From: an uncultured virus (IMG/VR IMGVR_UViG_3300010938_000024)
Lineage: Duplodnaviria; Heunggongvirae; Uroviricota; Caudoviricetes
Virus record (IMG/VR): IMGVR_UViG_3300010938_000024
Strand: one strand, 5' to 3'
Length of the DNA stretch: 64,000 nt
Positions 59,082 to 64,000 of this stretch are shown here, piece by piece. Each line of letters begins with the position of its first letter. Position 1 is the first letter of the stretch. The notes beneath the pieces are model-generated. The model was not told where the DNA came from and did no database searches. It saw nothing but the letters and a program-made list of their open reading frames with translations. A program made the translations under genes and the position numbers.

Positions 59082-60620
59082 TTAGTCCAATAGACTTTTT
59101 GTATTTGATATATATTCATCTTCATCTATCTTTTTAATCTCCTTTTTTGTTTCTACTTTCTCCTCTGATACTAAAATAGGATTTACAATATCACACTTCA
59201 TAAATTTTAATATATTAATTAGTTGCAAATTACCTTTTTTTATATCCCGTATGTTTCTGGCTTTTATAGTATAAAAATCATATACATTGCATATCTCTTC
59301 CTCTATTCTTTTATTTTTTTCTATATCCTCATATTTAAATTTTAATTCATCTTTATTCTTTTTAGAAGTTGTATCACTATAATTAACTACTTCTACCCGC
59401 TTAGTAGAATTTTCTGATGGCTCCCATGTAAATACAGTATCTGCTGTTTCTGAAATAGCTCTGGAATATTTAACATCTTTTTCTTTAGTTTCATACTGAG
59501 CTAAAACAACTATTGGCATTTTATATGTTTTTGCTATATATTTTAAATCTAATGCTACATTCATTAAATTCTGCCACATAGGAGTTCCATTATCCCCATA
59601 TTTTATAAAATTGATATAATCTATAAATAAAATATCACACATCTTTTTTGAAACTAATTCTTTTATTTTTAAACTAATATCCGCAGTCGTTGGCTTATAA
59701 TCAAGAGAACAACAACTATAAGATGATTTTTTTAAATCATTTCTAAAATTATTCTTTACCTTCTGTATAAAATGCTCTAAACCTAACAAACATAATTCAT
59801 TTTTATTCTCTTCATGCCAAAGAAGAGCAGAAGTTCCATCTACACAAACTTCTTGTATGTATCTTCTCTGTATTAAAAATCTATCTCTAATACTCAAATT
59901 CCCAGACCTGATTTTTTCATAAGGAATTCCAGATATTAGAGATAAATACCTCGCTAACCACTCTTTTTTACTCATTTCTAAATTTAAATATACAGGATTA
60001 TGCCCTAATAAAAACATATTCCTACCTAAATTTAAAGCTAATGCACTTTTACCAGTTCCTCTTTTTGCAGAAATAACAATTAATTCTTCTTCAAAAAAAC
60101 CATTTATTAAATAATCTAAATGTTCGTATCCAGTCGGTATAAAATTTCCAAATTTGGGATCCTCAAAAGGAGTTAAATTCTGAGAACCTATAACTACAGT
60201 TCCATCAATAGAATTAGATAAATTATTCACTATATCAAATAAATATTTTTTTGTTTTAGATATATTGTTTTCTTTAATACATTGATTTATTTCATTTATA
60301 GACGGAATTATAATCCTTAATTCGCTGATTTCTTTTAATTTAGAAATAATTAATTCAAACTCATCCTGAGAAGTTTTTACTGAAGATATTCCTTCTATAA
60401 TTGATTCTATTTCTTCTTTTTTAAACTCAGAAACTAAATCTAAAGATAACGCTTTTAATCCCTCTAAATTAACAACATGATTTGTTTTAATATAATTCTT
60501 TCTAATTAAATCATATAAAGATTTGGTAATCTGATTGCTGAAAAATACAGATTGAAGCTTCCTAAAATTATTCTCATTCCCTAATGACAGGTTTAAAGCT
60601 GCAAATTCTAAACTTATCAT
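59082..60620 (-). CDS. dnaB: DnaB-like replicative helicase
   Basis: TG...LD...GF, A.RG.GKS, LEM, IDY, LAQ, AD. Confidence 0.9.
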   Translation of the reverse strand: MISLEFAALNLSLGNENNFRKLQSVFFSNQITKSLYDLIRKNYIKTNHVVNLEGLKALSLDLVSEFKKEEIESIIEGISSVKTSQDEFELIISKLKEISELRIIIPSINEINQCIKENNISKTKKYLFDIVNNLSNSIDGTVVIGSQNLTPFEDPKFGNFIPTGYEHLDYLINGFFEEELIVISAKRGTGKSALALNLGRNMFLLGHNPVYLNLEMSKKEWLARYLSLISGIPYEKIRSGNLSIRDRFLIQRRYIQEVCVDGTSALLWHEENKNELCLLGLEHFIQKVKNNFRNDLKKSSYSCCSLDYKPTTADISLKIKELVSKKMCDILFIDYINFIKYGDNGTPMWQNLMNVALDLKYIAKTYKMPIVVLAQYETKEKDVKYSRAISETADTVFTWEPSENSTKRVEVVNYSDTTSKKNKDELKFKYEDIEKNKRIEEEICNVYDFYTIKARNIRDIKKGNLQLINILKFMKCDIVNPILVSEEKVETKKEIKKIDEDEYISNTKSLLD

Positions 60621-60643
60621 TTAAATCCTCCTTCTTTTCTGTT

Positions 60644-60678
60644 AGTGGCATTATGCCACTTTCTGAAAACTATGTCAA
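60644..60678 (-). promoter_or_regulatory. sigma70-like promoter with a palindromic operator over the -10 box
   Basis: TTGACA-17-CATAAT; AGTGGCA-N3-TGCCACT palindrome at 60644-60660. Confidence 0.65.
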
Positions 60679-60719
60679 GTAGAAATTACTTTAAGTATTA
60701 ATTTTTAATAAATATATTG

Positions 60720-61268
60720 TCATTGCAATATATTTCCATCTGTAAAAACAATTTCTTTTTTAAATTCTTTATTTAATACAAATCTATATACATCCTCTGG
60801 AGAAATTAATTGCAAACTTTTATTTTCTATTATGTCTTTATATCCTAAATCTATTAAATAATCTGATACAGATTCACTACATATAATCCCATATCCAAAT
60901 ATATTACTTTTCCTTTTAATTCCAAACCACTTTCTTAATAAAATAACAATTGCAAATCCTATTAATTGCAAATAACCATATACAGTTCCACACTTTAATA
61001 ATAAGTTGTTTAAAGCCTGCTTTTTATTTTTTAAATTTTTAGGCTTATATATTTCAACAGTAACTCCTTCTTTTATATATTTATTAAAAGGAACAATTGT
61101 TAATTCAAAATCTCCTGCTTCAATAACAAGACTATTTAAATAATCTCCTTCAATCCATTTATATATTACAAATGTATGAGACCACTGACTCTTGGTGAAC
61201 CATCTAATTATTTTACTTATAAAACTTCCTTTTATTGCACTAAAACCAATACATCCTTCTAAATTCAT
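60720..61268 (-). CDS. permuted papain-like amidase (YaeF/YiiX-like)
   Basis: I...T.S.WSH, IEA, G..Y, ICSE, SP.D. Confidence 0.8.
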   Translation of the reverse strand: MNLEGCIGFSAIKGSFISKIIRWFTKSQWSHTFVIYKWIEGDYLNSLVIEAGDFELTIVPFNKYIKEGVTVEIYKPKNLKNKKQALNNLLLKCGTVYGYLQLIGFAIVILLRKWFGIKRKSNIFGYGIICSESVSDYLIDLGYKDIIENKSLQLISPEDVYRFVLNKEFKKEIVFTDGNILQ

Positions 61269-61441
61269 TTTTTTACCTCCTTCAAATAATTAAATGTTAT
61301 CTCATTTATAGGTTTATTTGATTTTATTTTTTTTATATTTGCTTCTTCCTCTACACCTTTAATAAATCCATTCTCATCTTTTATCCCTTTTTCTATTGCA
61401 TTATTTGATATAACTGATACTATTACTTTTTCAGACATGAC

Positions 61442-62083
61442 TTATCCTATATTTGTAACCCACCATAAAGCACCTTTAAAATTAATATCAACAGTTCCAT
61501 AAGATTTATATCCTATTCTATAATAAAGTCCAGGCATAAGCAACTCTGCACTTTCACTAATAAATTGAAATTCTGGATATTCTTTTACTTGCCATTTTTT
61601 AACAAATTTGGATAATTCAAACATAGAACCATATCCAAGAATGTTATCTTTATCTATAATAGAAAATTCTAAATAATCATCATCATGTACATCATTTACA
61701 TTTTTTATTTTATAAAACCCTCCTCTTAAATATGCCATTTCTGAAATTAAAATATCAAAAAAATTCTCCAATCCTGCTACTGCAGTAAATTTCAATATTG
61801 TTCCATTTGAAGCTCCTGTCCATAAAGAATTTCCTCCAAAATATGTAAATGTAGGAACATTTATTTTATATCCTGTAGTATCAAATTCTTTAACTATAAA
61901 TTGCTTAAAATTATTTTCAAAATCTGTAGCTTCATCTCCGGGTTTTATTATCTCACAACTAAAAACCATATTCCCTATATCTATCCACAAAAGATAAAAA
62001 GAATCAAAATCGGCAAATCTAATAGCCCTTTCTCCTTTAAATTGAAGTATTAAAACCTTAAATTGTTCCCAAGTCAGCTTCAT
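61442..62083 (-). CDS. putative virion structural protein
   Basis: DFENNFK motif, beta-rich C-terminus, tail-fibre region. Confidence 0.5.
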   Translation of the reverse strand: MKLTWEQFKVLILQFKGERAIRFADFDSFYLLWIDIGNMVFSCEIIKPGDEATDFENNFKQFIVKEFDTTGYKINVPTFTYFGGNSLWTGASNGTILKFTAVAGLENFFDILISEMAYLRGGFYKIKNVNDVHDDDYLEFSIIDKDNILGYGSMFELSKFVKKWQVKEYPEFQFISESAELLMPGLYYRIGYKSYGTVDINFKGALWWVTNIG

Positions 62084-63330
62084 TCTCCTAAAAACTCAAT
62101 AGTTAAATTATTTAACTTAGATTTTTTATTGAAATAAAAACCTATATCTTGCTCTCTTCTAATACTAAAAGAAACATCAATCTCTATAATGTCTTTTATA
62201 GATTTATCCAACTGCTTATTATAAATATTAAAAACTTCTATTCCATCCGCCATAATATTTATTTTAATCCAATCTCCATTAAATTCTTCATCTGGTATAA
62301 TCCTAATTTTATTAATATTAACTTGCTCTGGAATTTGATACATTTCATAAAATATATCTTTACTTGGATCAAAAGGAACAAAATTTATACCATCCGAACT
62401 AGACCATAAAGATTGAATTCCAAATCTAGAATTTCCTCCATGTAAGTAACATTTAAAATTTCCAACTAAATTTTTAAATCTTAATCCAAAATTATTTATA
62501 TTCAATAAATTGTCTGTAAAAATAGTATAAATATCAGGATAATTTTTAATATAAAATGTCTTTTTATATGAGCTAAATTCTACTATATTCGCAGGAAGTC
62601 CTTCTATAATATCTACACTTATAGGAACAACATCTACAGTTCCCATAACTCCTTCTAATAATATATTATCTATATAGACAATATTATTTGAATCACCTGT
62701 ATTTTTACAATAAAATTCTACTTTTATTACATTATTCCACTGAAAGTTTCCTTGACCAGTAATAGTCGCAGTACTAAATAAAAATTTCTTATTTACATAA
62801 GTTCCAAGTTCCTTTTCCTCTATATTAATATTCCATTCTGCCCACCTAGATCCATCACTAATCCTAAAACTAAACAACATATTTTTATCAATCTGCTTCC
62901 ATACTAAATTTATTGCACTATAAACACTCCAATCTCTAGGAGTAAAAAAAGTATTTCTAACATATCCATTTTGAGCAGTAGAATATATTGCTGTTATTCC
63001 CATTACTTTATTATTATCCTCTACTATTAATTCCGGAATTATTTTTGATAAAGATGAACTAACCCATACTGATCTCAAAGCATTTGTATTTAAATAACTC
63101 TCAAAATTATCTATTATTTCAGAAGTATTAGATTCTCCTGACATAATTAAATTTATACAATCTATCCAATTACAAATTCCTAAATATTTAATTATATCTT
63201 TTGTAGTATTATCTAAACTAATCACCAGATAATCTGCCAATTCAAAATTATTAAATAAAATAGGATGCAATTTGAACTTAAAAAAATTCATTCCATAAGA
63301 AACCTGTGCTTTTTGAGTAGAAAATATCAT
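62080..63330 (-). CDS. putative virion protein with a carbohydrate-binding-like domain
   Basis: IDNFE.Y...W, DWS.Y, YIDNI jelly-roll motifs. Confidence 0.55.
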   Translation of the reverse strand: MIFSTQKAQVSYGMNFFKFKLHPILFNNFELADYLVISLDNTTKDIIKYLGICNWIDCINLIMSGESNTSEIIDNFESYLNTNALRSVWVSSSLSKIIPELIVEDNNKVMGITAIYSTAQNGYVRNTFFTPRDWSVYSAINLVWKQIDKNMLFSFRISDGSRWAEWNINIEEKELGTYVNKKFLFSTATITGQGNFQWNNVIKVEFYCKNTGDSNNIVYIDNILLEGVMGTVDVVPISVDIIEGLPANIVEFSSYKKTFYIKNYPDIYTIFTDNLLNINNFGLRFKNLVGNFKCYLHGGNSRFGIQSLWSSSDGINFVPFDPSKDIFYEMYQIPEQVNINKIRIIPDEEFNGDWIKINIMADGIEVFNIYNKQLDKSIKDIIEIDVSFSIRREQDIGFYFNKKSKLNNLTIEFLGE

Positions 63331-64000
63331 AATATATTAAAACCTACTAAACTATTATAAGGATTTGTAAGATTAGAAACAGCATTAGCTAATTCAAATC
63401 TATTTCCCATAATAAAAGTATAATATTGCGGATTCACATAAACACCATAATTTAGATTACTAGGATTAACAGTTACTAAGCAATTGTTATTAATTACTTT
63501 ATTATAATAAGGAGTGTTAGATCCATCACCTATTCTTATATAATTATTAATACCTGCTCCTGCTGTAGCAAAATTATAAGGATAAATTGTGTTTCCTTCT
63601 ATAATATTATAATTTCCAGCTGACCCATAAATATAAATTAAAGCTATATCTTTTATACCTACTGCATCTCTAGCTATGAAACAATTCTTTATAATGTTAT
63701 ATGCCCTGCTAATATGAATAGTATGATTATTATTATAACCACCAGCAAGTGGATTCCAAGTAGCTATATAACTATTTAAAATTCTATTATAATTTCCTCC
63801 TCCGGGAGGAATAAGGACAGCTGGTCCAGACCTATTAGTGATATAACAATGATCTATAACATTGTAAGATCCTTCAATATCTAATGCAAAACTTGTATTA
63901 TCAGCATAAATATAAACATTTTTTAAATAACATAAATTTTTACCATTTTTTATTTTTACATTACCTCCAGTAACTATGTTTTCAAGATGACAATAATCAT
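63327..64000 (-). CDS. right-handed beta-helix tail fibre/spike, partial (3' end)
   Basis: Open frame DYCHLENI...YN.I..C.I repeats; TGA overlaps the next ATG. Confidence 0.6.
   Translation of the reverse strand, partial: DYCHLENIVTGGNVKIKNGKNLCYLKNVYIYADNTSFALDIEGSYNVIDHCYITNRSGPAVLIPPGGGNYNRILNSYIATWNPLAGGYNNNHTIHISRAYNIIKNCFIARDAVGIKDIALIYIYGSAGNYNIIEGNTIYPYNFATAGAGINNYIRIGDGSNTPYYNKVINNNCLVTVNPSNLNYGVYVNPQYYTFIMGNRFELANAVSNLTNPYNSLVGFNIL

Noticed and set aside
1..64000. Alternative genetic code, tRNA genes, or a reverse-transcriptase system (DGR or retron)
   Set aside because: Known genes are intact in the standard code with all three stop codons used; no cloverleaf or RT motif recognised by eye

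Overview
A 64-kb segment of a large, very AT-rich tailed dsDNA bacteriophage, probably a myovirus given the gp25-like baseplate wedge, tape measure and baseplate hub genes. No host genes, rRNA, tRNA or CRISPR array were recognised. Layout: head and virion genes with portal, an intein-split small head-type protein and a lysis cassette (1.3-14.4 kb); a repeat-rich putative origin (16.4-16.8 kb); an accessory block with phiEco32-type COOH-NH2 ligases, ATP-grasp, GAT-II, five beta-class DNA methyltransferases, RNA ligase, AAA ATPase, radical SAM and a TnpB element (15-34 kb); split LigD-like repair genes and a PurD-like ATP-grasp (34-37 kb); a tail module with a -1 frameshifted chaperone, a second TnpB element and a sigma factor (37.5-47.7 kb); replication genes (RuvC, RecA, SNF2 helicase, SSB, UDG-domain PolA, primase, DnaB; 51-60.6 kb); and tail-fibre-type genes to the end. 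The most unusual signal is two about 70-nt promoter-to-terminator units whose single-stranded part is the reverse complement of a ribosome-binding site plus start codon (candidate anti-Shine-Dalgarno sRNAs), in a genome where many virion-related operons appear near-leaderless. Also notable are orphan TnpB right-end/omegaRNA copies abutting a family of Trp-rich repeat genes. All calls are from motif reading by eye; no searches were run.
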